Shown here in pieces: positions 36,036 to 49,905 of a stretch of DNA of 64,000 nt. How positions within the stretch are numbered: position 1 is the first letter of the stretch; each line of letters opens with the position of its first letter. The stretch is from Vermamoeba vermiformis. Lineage: Eukaryota. The notes beneath the pieces are model-generated. The model worked only from the letters and a program-made list of their open reading frames with translations, had not been told where the DNA came from and searched no databases. The position numbers and the translations under genes are program-made. Location: the NCBI GenBank assembly GCA_045837725.1, contig JBEWZL010000041.1:1-64000 (forward strand), written 5' to 3'.

Positions 36036-38410
36036 ATGAGCCAGATGTCAAAGCAGTAAGTTGACATTCGGATCAGATGTTTATTGGAATATCGATAAAA
36101 TATTAAATCAATGCAAAAATGATACGTAGAATTGCATAGGATTAACTTCGCGTGTTTTCAGATTATCGATCCGTGACAGAATTGCTTTCTTTGCGAAGAT
36201 TGAATCAGAACGCGCTGAAAAGCAAGGTAATAATTGACGAAAATTTTGATTATATATTAGAGACTTTATTTCAATCAAGTATAGCGACTGAATCTAGATT
36301 TTTTTGTGAGCCAGAAATTGCGCTTGCCTTCTAGGACTTTGATTACAAAATCTATAGGTTTAATATATTTATCAAAGGGGGTCAATGGAATAAAGGGGTT
36401 ACAATCGTTAAAGACAACGATCTGCCCAAATCCGTCTCTGCACCTCAAATAAAGACGACTGCTGTCACCTCTCCCCGTGATAATAAGATCATTAAAGTGA
36501 ATGAGTCAGTAGCAGTACCTAAACCCGCGGAACCAACTGTAACAGCGCAATCCGCTCAAATTTCTACGCCAGCTCAAAATAGCAACACAACTGCCCCTCT
36601 TCAAACAAATGAAAGCAGCTCAAATGCACCTAGAGTATTTACCAGAAAAATTGATATCGAAACTCCAACAATCACACCACAATCAGCAACGAAGGTCAGC
36701 ATCTCAGATGAAGATGTGGACAAGTTAATCGATCAAGTGCTTGAAAAGCAAAAAGAAAATAAGCCCGACGAAGATAATGTATCAATCACGTATAAGGCGC
36801 CTTCCTTAGTCACTTTGAAGCTAAATACGGGAACAGGCCCGGCAACCGATCCAAATCCACCCGTTTCTGTTCCTATGACAACCTTAGTCCCAAATAGCGC
36901 CGCACAAAACAATACATCCTCTCCTATAATATCTAAGAACGTCGTTTCAGTTGCAGTCCCAGCTGTAAATTCAGGACCGGCTAGAGTTTTGGGGTACGTA
37001 AATTTTAAACTCATATAATATAGTCCTCGAGGTTTTTAATACTCTTAAAAATCATAAAATATTATAGAAGTACGGGAGATATTAATATTTTGATTAGCCA
37101 CGGAAAACAGCCTTCGTTGCAAGATGTACAGCAAGCTATCAAGAAAACACAGTTACAAAAGGCTGAATCGCAAATCCAACGAGAGCAAAGGCAAAAATTT
37201 ATTAATTTACCAGATCAACCGTAAGTGGCGTTAATTACAAATTCAAAGAAACCCGGGATCTGATTTGGACCAACTAATTTTTCGTACCGCTTGAACAATT
37301 ATTTATTCTGTTGTTTAGTCGTACCGGGCGTAGATTATCCAAAGCAGAACGTAAAGAATTTCGTCAAACGAGGCGCAATACTGTCGTGGACCAAAAAAGT
37401 CAAGTCGAATCTCGGATCAACGAGTTCATTAAGACCTTGCAGACGTTTGAACGTTTGGTAAGTTCGCTGCATCCATATTTTATATTTCAGTAGGATTCAT
37501 AGTGCATTTTGACCAAGATCTAACGAGATCTATTAGTTGGACAAAGAACGAGAAGAAACTCGAGCCGTTGTTGGCCGCTTAGAACTTGTCACCGGATTAT
37601 TGGCGCTAGCAAATACTGAAATGGATAATATGAAACTTAGCATTGATAAGCTCGTCGAAGAGCATAAAAAATCTTCCAACAAAGGTAAGAACGGATCTAA
37701 TTTAAATTTCAACCTTGATTTGGTTTATCGTTTATAATATTAATTATTGGTATGAGTTCTATTTTCATATGGAATATATGAATATTAAATATTGACAGTG
37801 TTATCTAACGCATCTAAAATTAGATCCGGACTTCAACAACAGTTTGACGACATTCCAAGACCAGTTTTGGAAATTTAGACATAATTTTGACGTTCAAGTA
37901 GCAAAATCAACAAAAGAATTGCGAAGCCAAGACGGTGATAGTTTGGCGAGAGGATCTGCTGCAATTACACCGTCACAAGCCCAAGCATTAAATAACGCTA
38001 ATAATGCGAACAATAATGCTACAAATATACCTAATGCACCACCAGCACCGAGCTTCAAATCAATTGATCAAAAAACTGGAAAATTATCGGTTACTCCATT
38101 TTCAGGTATTTATTTATCTTATTTACTATTTGTTAAATATAGCCTCTATTATTGCAAGTATGAACGCCTATTATGTTGTAAATTACTCAAGTTTATTTTG
38201 TTAGCGTTCTTGGAGCAGATCCAGAAAGGCGTTGCGTTGAAGAAGACGGAGTACGAAAACATGCGCAAAGAAAAAGAAGAAAGTATGAAACGATCGCTTA
38301 ATGTCGCTGATTCATTAGGCGCGTTGTTGAAAGAGGCGTTGGACTCGCGACAAATGTATTTAGAAGCCATGTCATCGAGCGACGAAGAAGAACGAGAAGC
38401 AGATTGGTAA
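36036..38410 (+). CDS. Coiled-coil protein with Pro-rich segment, WH2-like actin-binding motif and acidic Trp terminus
   Basis: APPAP, then FLEQIQKGVALKKTE (WH2-like), a central helix LGALLKEALDSRQ, and the end SSSDEEEREADW. This is WCA/VCA-like order. Confidence 0.7.
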
Positions 38411-38484
38411 AAAAAATGTAGGACCATTAAAACTCTTTATGTACAATAATACTAGTATTTACATATATATGATGATTGTTATTA

Positions 38485-40187
38485 TTATTTATGTTGCGTT
38501 GCAAACAAATCAGGCGAGCAACTGAATTCCAAATCGCTCTGAGAATTTTGCTGCGATGATAATTTCGATTTTTGCGACGGTTCTGAATTCTCATTTTTTA
38601 AACTAGCGTCATCTGGCTTAGCACTTCGAATAGCACTTCTTTGACTTCGTTGAGTCACTTGGTTCATATTCGTAGACGGGGCTGTCAAATAAATGAACGG
38701 AGATGAGTTGAGATTTCCCGAACAATTCTCCGAAGACTCCGTTTGCGTTGTTAAATCTTCAAAATTCCTGGCAATATCTTCGTTACTACAGTTTAATTCC
38801 TCGTGATTTGACTGCTTTTCATCTTGAGTTTCAACGTAGATGAACGGTGATGACATTGAAAGTTTTTGCGAGTCCATTAATTGACTGATTCGTGATCCTT
38901 TGCTATTATTAAACTTTTTCTGCGTAAATGTTGCCGGTGTCAAGCCTGGCGTTGCTTGTGTAGGATTATATACAAATGGTGAACTACCTAAACTGTCGTA
39001 ACTGTTCTTCAATTTGCTTTTCGCAGTCGAATGTTGTGTTGGATGTATCTGCGTGTGATTATATGACATTGTTAATGCAAACGGCGAACTAGCAATATCG
39101 TCGCTTGATCCGTTCAGTGAACCATTTGCATCCTTGTCTTTTGATTGGTCAGCGTTCGTCGAGGGAGCTAACGATTGATAAACAAATGGTGATGAAAAAT
39201 CGTCCAATAGCACATCAGATTCATTCTTTGCTTCGTTTTCTTTCTCGTCGAAAGCTTCCAAACCAAAACTTTCATCATTGTGGTGATGATCAATAAATGA
39301 TTCGTTGATGTTATTGTACGTAATAATGCTTTGTTGTTCTCTAGGAGACGAGTCGTAAATAAACGCTTCGATTCTCTTGATGACAGGCTTTCGAGGTTGT
39401 TTTGGTGCTGGTGGCAACATCGGCGAGGAAATTATGTCATCTTCTGGACGATTTTGCGGTTGTCTCTATCAGAAAAATCAGTTGTTATATCAATCCTATA
39501 TTAGGTTATTCGATTTGTTACAATAATAGTACACCGAACTTACTTGAGTCTGATCCCAATCGCACAAAGACTTGCGCAGTTTTTGAATCGTTCCAGCTGT
39601 TTGAACGGAGCCTTTGATTTGAAGATGTTTCTTAATAGCATTGACTGTGACGTCTCGAGGTTGCTGCACGCGTTTGTTGGGCACATCTGACGGAGATCTA
39701 GGTCAGTGTTGCTCGTAATTGCAGGAAGTACTTACATTTGTGATTATTTTTGTTGGCTATTACTAAGGCTGGGTTAATATCGATGTATTTGGCTTGAGGA
39801 GCTGGATTTGGTTGCGGTTTTTCTGACTTGATGAAATCTAGCGATACTTTTTTCGATCCAACTAAAAATGTTGGTTTTGCCTTCGAATCATAGCCTAATT
39901 AAGGACGGATATTAGATTTTTGCAAATACATTTTAAAAACAGATCGAAAATTTGATCTGTCTTCAAAATCGATGAATTAGCCTATTAAGGCATTCAAAAA
40001 TTACCATAATTATTATGTGTAATTATTATAGTATTAACTTTCGCTTACCGACTAATGACGCTACAAAACTTGCTCGCGACACCGTCTTTTGCTTGCCGAT
40101 CGCGTTAGAATTCGGTTTGTATTTTTTATTCTGAGGATATCCATTGATATTCTCTTCGGAAATAACTTCAGCCTTCCTCTTGTGCAT
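38485..40187 (-). CDS. Disordered protein with repeated SSP-hydrophobic motifs
   Basis: About four exons starting MHKRKAEVISEE. The last exon carries SSPFVY, SSPFAL, SSPFVY, SSPFIY and SSPFIY. Confidence 0.65.
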
Positions 40188-40540
40188 TCATAACCTTCAA
40201 GAAATTCGCGGAATGGCCGATCGAGAGGCACTGCTCTTTTCTGTGTTTTCTGCGCTCGCCACTGTTTGTTGACCTAGGAATATCACCCACGTTCTAGATA
40301 TTGGTTTGCAACATCAAGGAATGTCTTTCATAGGGTAGGGTTGCTTCTTTCCGTATGATTTGTTGTACAGTCGCTAGCATACGCACGTGATATCAACAAG
40401 CCGCATTTGACTTATACGTACAAGAAGTGATCTTTACGGCATTGATCAGTCCGGAAGGTCAGCCGGTAAAAATCGCGGGGAACAGAGAAGGTTGATCGAC
40501 AGTTTTTTTATTTTTGAAAACTATCGACTTGAGACCACGA

Positions 40541-43500
40541 ATGTCGCATCGCAATCGTGGTGGTGGCAGTAATTATCAGCCCAAAAACGATAATGTAAGG
40601 CAGTTTGGAAAGGTGTTGATCTGATCGATTCTCGTATTGATTCAAATTAACAGAAAAATCGGCAAAGTGGTGATAAAAAATGGGTAGCTAAGCCAGCAAC
40701 TAAAGTACGTGAATAATAATGCGGGAGAAAATAATTATTAATTTTTGAATTATTTTTAGCAAGATGAGGCTGTCCGTAAGAAAGAGGACGAAGACCGAAA
40801 GAAAAAAGAAGAAGAGGAAAAATTAAAAGCAATTGAGGAAGAGAAAAAGCGTAAAGAAGAAGAGGAGCGAAAAAAACAAGAGGAAGAGGTATTTTTTTTT
40901 CATCTGCTTGTGGATGCCTTCTACACGCACAAAAAATTACCTATAAATATGAGCAAATTATTAATAATATTTTACGCAAATTTCTTTCTGAATTTTTGGA
41001 CCAACGAATCTGCCACAAATCGATCTTACTATAATCTTATTATCAGGAACGTAAACGAGAAGAAGAGGAGCGCAAACGTTTAGAAGAAGAGCAAAAATTG
41101 CGCGAGGAGCAAGAAAAACGTCAAAAAGAGCGTCAAGAAATTCGAAAAGCCAATTTAGAGGCTGCCGCTGGAAAACGACCTAGTAAGTACCAATTCTTAA
41201 TTATAGCCTTATTATATAGCTAACATATATTGTCTTAGATGAATCGTTTTTCAAAGCACTCGACGCTAGCATTAAGAAAAATTCAACGTTCATTAAAAAA
41301 TTGCAAACTAAATTGACCGAGGAGAACAAAGACGCGTTGATTAAAGAACTCAAGACCTTAAATATGAACCGATTTATAGGCGAGGTCATTCAATCGATCA
41401 CTCAAGCTCCTTTGAAAGCAGCTGACTGCGATACTGCATTCAAGGTACAAACAAAATCTTGATCCAGATCCACAAACAATTTTTTTTAAAATTCCGTGCT
41501 GTAAATGTCTAATTACCTAATTTGGCAGGTCATTTCAACGTTCCATCAATTATACGCTGAATTTTCAACGGATATTATTCCAGCGCTCGTGAAGACTTTC
41601 CACGCTGAAAAAGAAAACCTCATCAAAGCGCGCTCATTATTGCGTCTATTAACCGAGTTGTATATCTATGGCGTATATAACGATCATACAATTGTCTTGG
41701 ATATTGTCAAGCAAATCGTCGTAAGTACCAAAACCTTGATCCAGATAATGTTAGTAGATTTAATAATGTACGAACTATTAACAGGAAAACCGCGATAAAA
41801 TGAGCCATAATTTGTCACTGATGGTCGGATTTGTGCGTTACGGACTTGAATTATTGGGCATTCAGAACAAGGCTGAAAACACAGTCAGACCTGAGCCTGG
41901 TCAAGAAGAATCGAAGCGCGAAGAGGCGGAAAATATCGTGCCTGCCAACGTACGCGAAATATTTACTAAATTAGTCGACTCGTATTATACTCGAGCCAGC
42001 AACTACTTGCTAAAGGAGCACCAGGTAACATTTTTCACAATAACTTTTGTCAGCCAAAACTGACTTTCTTTCGCAGGCTCTTCGTGCCAAAGAACGAGAA
42101 AATCGTGAAACTCAACAGAATAAAGGCGAGTTGAGCAAAGAAACTCAAGAGGAGTACAGCAAGATGAGACAAGCGTACGACAAGGTCTTAGCTAACGTGA
42201 TGAGGTAAGAAGGAAATTTTATTTAGTATCGATTATAATATGTTATTTAGCTTGGCGGAGTTGCTGCAAAAGAACTTGCCGGCGCTGCCTGAAGAAGAAA
42301 GTACGACGAGAATTTCTGAAGTCTCCGTGACACTTGCTACTTTTTCAAAGGTCAGTAATCAACTCAAATGTTTTACAAGAACAGAAATTAATTAATGTCG
42401 TGTCATTTAGCCCGATGACTCGTACAAAGACGAGCCTCTTTGGGAAGATGAAGACCAACGGACATTTTATGAAGTTTATCCTGACTTGAAGGCACTCGTT
42501 CCTGGCCTATTGGACGATAAGCCTGCTGAAAAAGAAGACGAAAAAGAGCCTGAGAAAGAAGCTACAAAGCCCGCTGAAGAGAAAAAAGAAACCGACAAAC
42601 CCGCTGGATCTGAGAACAAAGACGAAACAGCCGCGCAACCTGTCGATAAATTTACCGAGTGGAAGAACAAGTGGCCGGCAAGCTGGACTCGCGAAACAAT
42701 CGACAAGACTGCCGTTGAATTCTGCGCGTTTAACAACAAGGCTAACAGAAAGAAGTTAGTCAAGGCCATGTTCACCGTGCACCGTTCGAAGTTGGATTGG
42801 TTGCCGTACTTTGGTCGATTGACTGCGACGTTAAATCAATATTGGAAGGATGTAGGTCCCAACCTCGTTAGTTTGGTAAGTATTATATTCCATTAGGCTC
42901 CGATGGTATGCCGCAAAAGTTTTCAAGATCTGACCTCGGACCCGGATCTACTTTCGGATCTAACGTGATTGTTTTTAGTTGGAAGATGAGTTCAAAGCAC
43001 TATACCAAGAAAAGAATCAAATTAATATCGAGACTAAAGTGAAGAACATTCGCTTCTTGTCTGAGCTCGTAAAGTTCAGGATCTGCCCAGTCACGACTAT
43101 TCTCCAGTGCCTGCGCATGTTATTAGACGACTTTGTCTATCATAACATTGATTTGGCTTGCAACTTGCTCGAAACTTGCGGTAGATTTTTATACCTGACA
43201 CCTGAATCTCACGTTCGCATCAACAATATGGTAAGTTGAAACACTAACTCTTGATCAAACGGTCTTTACCAAAAATGGAAATATTAATGACAAATACTTT
43301 GTAGCTTGAAATCTTTATGAGATTAAAGGCAACAAAGAACTTGGACGCACGTCAAAATAACTTGGTCGAGAACGCGTTCTTCAGCGTTAAGCCACCTGAA
43401 CGTCAAATCAAGCAAAAACAACGTCCTGTTATGCACGACTATATTCGAAAGTTGGTTTATGACGATTTGAACAAAGGATCCGTCAAGCTCGTGTTGAAAA

Positions 43501-45620
43501 AATTAAAGAAATTAAACTGGGCTGAAGACGAGGTAAATACATAACGATTTATAATATAATATGCATTAGTACTAATAATATTTAACTATTATAGGAGTAT
43601 ATTTTGAAGAAAATGTACAAGATCTACAAGGGCAAGTTCAGCAATATTCATTTGATTGCTAGTCTCGTCTCTAGTCTCAGCAAACATCACCCAATCTTCG
43701 CTATTAAGTTCGTTGATACTTTATTGGAAGATATTCGTGAGGGACTTGAAGTAAGTTCGAAAAGCTAACGGGATCAGATCTTTCTTTTTTTTTGTAACGA
43801 ATTTCCTTTTTAGGAAAATGATTTCAATAGCCATCAAAGACTCGTTATGAACGTTAAGTTATTGGGCGAGTTATATAACTATCGATTGATTGAAAATCAA
43901 ATCGTTTTCGATACTTTGTACACGTTCATTGCTTTTGGTCACGGTAAGTCCCAACTATTACCAAATAAGGAAATAATCGCTAAAATTATCAATTTTATTC
44001 AGCCACCGAAGAAGAAATGAACGAACTTGACCCGCCAGATGAAACTTTTAGAATCCGATTAGTATGCACTTTGCTCGAAACCTGCGGTCAATATTTTTCA
44101 AAGGGCGCTACCAAAGAAAAACTCGATCGATTTTTGGTCTATTTTCAGCGCTACGCATTGAGCAAGGGCGATAATGTCTCGCAGGCCTTGTGGTTCACTA
44201 TCGACGATCGGTTCGACGAGTTGAGGCCTCGTATGCAAAGATTTACGACTATGCAAGAGGCTAATGATGCTATTGCTGCCATTGAAAAAAGTAAGTCTTT
44301 AGAACGAGACTGGATCTGATCTGATCGACATCCGGATGTTACAAAACGTTCTTTAATTTCCTCCGCAGCTTAAACTAACATCTTATTATCCTATTTGAAA
44401 TGATGTATTAATAATTTTATTGTAGGTATTGTCGCAACACTAGGCCAGCATTCCGTACCTTTCGATCTGGTCAACTCGGCTCCTGTAAGTACAACCCGAG
44501 TAAAGATTCGAAATGAGGATAATACTAAGATATCTTATAGTATAAGATCAAGAGCGTTGATGAAAGCGGTGCCCACCAAGCGGGTCAAGAAGAGGAAGAC
44601 GAAGATGACGAGAGAAAGCGCGATCTGGAAGACGAGCACGGAGACCCTGTCGAACAAGAAGATGACTATGCTGATAGTCTTCAATTCGACGAGGAGAGCG
44701 GAGAAGAAGAAGAAGAGGAAGAAGAAGACGGTACGTAATAACGAAATTTCCGGAAAAACGAACATCAATTTTTATTAATTTTAGTTTTACGCGTACTTAC
44801 TTCTTCATTTAGAAGACGAAGACTTGGTTGATTATAACGGACCTGCAGACCCAAAGAAGGTGCCTGAAGACGACGTAAGCTCATGAGTTCTAGCAAGATG
44901 TGGGATCCGAAAAATTAACGTTGGTTTTGTTAGGAATTCCTTCGTGAGCTCGAAATGATGGTCTCTGAATCACGTGAAGTTCGTAGACTCGATACTTCTG
45001 GCATGGATCGCGCCTTGCCTCAACTCCGAAGTATGTACATCCGAGATCACCTTTGAATTTTTTTAAATCAACCGGATCCGCTTTTAGCTAGTGGTTAACC
45101 ATCATTTTTTTATGATTATAGAGAAAGCTAAGAATATTGAGAACGAAGAAAAAGTTCAAGCAGATTCAGATCACCGCGTCTTCCAGGTCTTGCTCAAACG
45201 TGGTCCTAAGCAACAAGTCGCGCAGTTGGCTATTCCTGCTGACTCAAAATTAGCTCGAAATCAATTGCAGAAAGATGAAGAAGAGCTTGAAGAACAAAAA
45301 GAAATTAAACGACTCGTGTTGCAGTACGCGCAAAGTGCCGAGACCGAAGAAGAGGCCGACAGCAAAAACAAGGTACTTAATTGGCTTTATAATAGTATAT
45401 AATACGAGAATAATACTATATACGACATGGTTTAAGATCTGGTGCTAATATTTGAGTTAAGAAAAAGCCGCGTACCGTGCAGATCACGCTTGGTCAGACA
45501 CCTTACATGGAAGGTAAAACTGCTACTACTCCTCAAAGTCCTTCACAAGGACAAGGCCCACAACGTGGAGGATATAATCAAGTTGGAAGAGGTCGTGGAG
45601 GTCGTGGAGCATACAAGTAA
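40541..45620 (+). CDS. UPF2: Regulator of nonsense transcripts 2
   Basis: LDASIKKNSTFIKKL (MIF4G-1); NNKANRKKL...LPYFGRLTATL and INIETKVKNIRFLSELVKF (MIF4G-2); LLGELYNYRL and LDPPDETFRIRLVCTLLETCGQYF (MIF4G-3). Acidic region and C-terminal EIKRLVLQY. About 19 exons. Confidence 0.95.
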
Positions 45621-46131
45621 GATCCGGATCAACAATTTAATAATACTCGATCTAAATGATTGTTTAGCCGCCGTTAATTTGAGAATGCAGTGCAACAATA
45701 TTATGAGTTGAATATTGCAACATATAATCTCTTACGAGAACTTACTTGAGCGGGCAACAAGGAAAAGGCGGATTCGGATGCGTAAGATAACCAATCTTTG
45801 CGAAGCAAAGAAAAACCTTCTCAAGAGCCTTATAACCTTATTGCACCGCTAATTCTTTTGCAACCTATAATACAATAAATTTGGATTAAAACTTCAACGG
45901 GCCTTTTTTTTTTGATGAAGATCAAGCTCGATCTGCAAACCATTTTATCAAATAAAATATTTATTAATTTTTTATTGTAAAGATATTCAGTTCATTAATG
46001 GAACGAAGGCGAAGAGCAGTATGACCCGAAAAAAAGTACGTTTTCCCGTTTCAAGAACAGAATCTTCTTTTTTTTTGTGATTCTGGTTAATTAATCTAAC
46101 ACTAATTATTCGAAAGAGCACCACAAGTCTC

Positions 46132-49100
46132 ATGTCTGGTCGGAATAAACGTACGCGACCTGAAGACGGGAGCACTCCGGATCCAAATGCTCAACCCAAA
46201 AAGAAGGCAAGGAAGGAAAACAATTTATTCGCCATCTTGCACGACGAACTTATTATTGATATTTTAATATCCGTTCCCGTTGAGCAATTAGGTACGGTCT
46301 ATTTATTTTTTAATTTTGGTTAAAAATTAATAATTCTTTTTTGCAGCGACTATCGCCGTAGTTTGCAAGAGATGGAACACGCAGTTGATTAAACAAGAAT
46401 ATTGGAAGAAAAAAACGTTAATTACGTGGAAAACTTCACTTTCAGACGTTGACCGAGACAACTCCGGATCTTTGCGCATTGATAGGACGAAATTATTTGT
46501 TCCAACGCTACGGGGTTCGTAAAATAACGATGTTTATGAAAATCTAACTCAACGTTATTGTACAGTTTCTGTCACCAACCAAGAAATGATTGATTGGCGC
46601 CGCTACTTCAAGATCAGGTAATTTTTTTTGAGCACTACGACTGATTTCAAATTTAATTTATTATCATTTAGATCTATACTAGTTCATTTACGAGTGGCAA
46701 TTAAAGGGACTAGCATCAAAGCAGTGGATCTTGCTCAGATAGAAAGACCTCCAAAACAAAAAAAAGAGGAGCCTGAATTGACCATTGACAATGTGATGCG
46801 TCCATACCAGAAGCTAACTTCAAACTACTTTTTTCGAGTTAGTGTCCAAGGAGATCTTTCTTTACTTCAAAAGTTCTTTGAACTGGGTGTGGAATCTGCT
46901 CCAATTTTGAAGGGAGATAACCAGCACTTGATGACAATTGCCAAAAACCTGCTGGACTGTGCCAAACATACAGATTTTAGTGCCAAACATAGGGATTTTA
47001 TTGGAAAATATGCATTATAGTAAGTTTACAGTATTTTTTCATCAAACATTATTCAACGATTCATTGCAGCTATGCATCAAAATACTTTGAAGTTTGTCAA
47101 ATCTTTGCAAATGACCATGCAATGCATGGCAAATTGTTTGCAAAAGCCTGCAAGGTCTTTGCAATGCATGGCAGAGAAGGTAGCACTGGAGTCAGGCTGT
47201 TCAACTTACTGGTACAGCACATGGGGAATCTTGCTCTTTTAAGCAATGAAGATGATGAAGAAGATGAAGAGAGGAATGAAGCAACATTCTTTCAGTTTCG
47301 CCATTCAAAGACCGAAAAACCCATCATCAGGTGCCTGATTATTGAAAATCACTGGAAGTGTTGCACAAAGAGTAAGTACTGCAGTAACTATTGCACTAGT
47401 AAATTTTGCATGCAATTAAATGCATTTGTCGAATAGAATATGACGAAACTTTGGTTGACTTAATGGTCAAAACTTATAACAGCTCCAATGATCCTAAGCT
47501 TCAAGCAATATCTCTGGCCTTGTGTGATGTGTCTCAGACCATATCAAATCAATTACGTCCAACACTGATAAAGTGAGCTCAAAATCAATCCATTCAATCA
47601 ACTGACTTCAATCTAGACTTGCTTGCATGGCAACAAAACATTCTGATCGAAAGGTTGCATTTGCTGGCTATGTACTGTTGTGGAAGCAAGCAACTGCATT
47701 GGATGATGTGGAACTCAAGTGTGAAGTATTTCAAATTGCATTGGAAGCGATGGATAACTATCCTCAATCAATGTAAGTCTTTCATTTACTGTATATATAT
47801 GAGCACTAATGTTAGTGCAGATTGTTTTTGATCAACATTATCACGAGAATAGCTGGTGGCAGTGCTGATTTCATTTCTGATGCAATGCTGGCAGAACTAA
47901 ATGCGAAGATTTTGAAATACTTCAACTCAAGATTATGGATTTTTGTGGATGCTGACAATGTTAAGTCAAATGTATTCTTTGAGATGTGGAGATTAGGCCA
48001 TCTTTTCAAGGAACGATTTGAAAAGGTAAACTTTTGTTTTTCTGTTGAGCTAAGTGTTCAATCTAATTAATTTCTTTGCTAGTACCTACCAGAGTATGAG
48101 AAAGCATTAATACAAATGGCAATGGAAATTGGACAACAAGATGAAGATGAAGATTGTGTTCCAGTACTGTTTTCTGAGCAGATATTGCACCAGTACATGC
48201 AATTACGTAAGTGACTGCAAACTATGCTCAATTAGCTAATGAATTTCAGTTATTGCTTGCAAAGGAGATGCCTCAATTGAGTCAGCTGAAGAATTTGTTT
48301 CCAAAATTCTGACAAACAAACAGCAGTATAATGTACGAGAACCTTATTTCTGTGCTTTGTTTGGTGAGCAGCTGTTTTCACTGTTTAAAGAAGAACCAGA
48401 AGAACTATCAAGAATTACTAGAAAGATGGTCAAAATTTTTGATAAGAGATTGTTGGCTTGGGGGGCCAAGGAACTCATGATTGAATCTGAAAAAGATGAA
48501 TTCATGTATGTGCCATGGAGTGACAAGCAATTCAAGGCCATGCAGCAAACCAAAGAGTGCATTGATGATTGCAATGAGGAAGTAACGTTTATTTCCCACT
48601 ATTTTAACTCCCCACCTCGAAAATTGGTTATGGCAGAGACTGCTGAAGATCTTTACTTGATTAAGGCATGCAAAATGGATGTTCTCTCTTACAGTGCATA
48701 TACCACTGTGAAGGTAAGACAAAATCATTCTTAAACTCAATTTCAACTTTTTACTACCAGGGCTTCAATGAAATGATGACAAGTGTTTGCAAAACCCTGT
48801 TGGATAATCATGAAGTTATTCCAGAGGGAGGCATCCAGCCAGTGCTTCATCTCATGCTGGCACTCTATCGTGTCTCTGCTGAAAAAAAGCAATACCTACA
48901 AGTGGTGGTGGATCTATTTGAACGTTTGAAAGACAATTTGGCTCCTTTTCATAGAGACTATTACATTGCTATAATTATCCAAGAATTACTGCGTGAGCCA
49001 CAAACATACCCACTAAACATTCACTCCAAGGTAAGAGAACGACCATGTATCATCGGCTCTTGCTAACAAAACCTCTTTAATAGCTAGTTGAATTCTACTT

Positions 49101-49905
49101 TGAAAGTGGGCACCTCTCATTTCATGTGGCTGGTTGGCTATTTGAATTTGCAATGGTTTGGGACAGTGAAGCAATCTCACGTTATTATTATTCAAGTGCA
49201 TGTAGCAAATTCTACTTCAATTAAGGCTAAAACCCTTGTTATTAGGCCTCTACTTTCATTAAGGAACTCATAGAACGATGCCCACGAGTAGCCAGGCATG
49301 CAGTCAAAGAAGCTGATTTGGATTGCTTGTTTGAAGAAAAAGACTTTGAAGAAGATAAGGTAAGAATGATTGTGATTCTGCTTTTGATTAACGTATCTTG
49401 ATCAAAAGGTGAAAACAGATGATCGCATGATTACTGTTGCCTTGCTGACATACTACTTTGGTGCAAAGTGCTTAGATGTAAGTCAGTTTGGCCTTAATTG
49501 CACCAAGGACCAATAAGTTTTCTTTAGGATCAACATAAAGGATTTAAATATGGATACACTATCCTCAGTACAGATGGTAAGCTAATACTGAGATACACGT
49601 TAAATACTAACACATAGTAATTAGATTATGTTGAAAAAGCATTAAAATACCTTGCAAATAAGAAAAAGGGCAAGCCCAGTGAGCGACTCATACTGGCTCG
49701 TTTTGTTGTGATCAAGATGCTAGAGGAGTGGGGTCCATATGAATCTCTTTGTCTCTTCAAGGCAATTTATCTACCTGAAAAGAAGGTCAACAAAATCATG
49801 AAGATTGTTCGGTCTGACGAGTTTACCACTGGTTCAAGTGAGCTCGATGCAGAAGTTAAGACTTGGACGTCACTGTTTGATTTTGAAAAAATCTCCATTT
49901 TTTAA
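46132..49905 (+). CDS. Large F-box protein with alpha-helical C-terminal region
   Basis: NLS KKKARK, then F-box FAILHDELIIDILISVPVEQLATIAVVCKRW. Many short introns follow. Confidence 0.7.
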
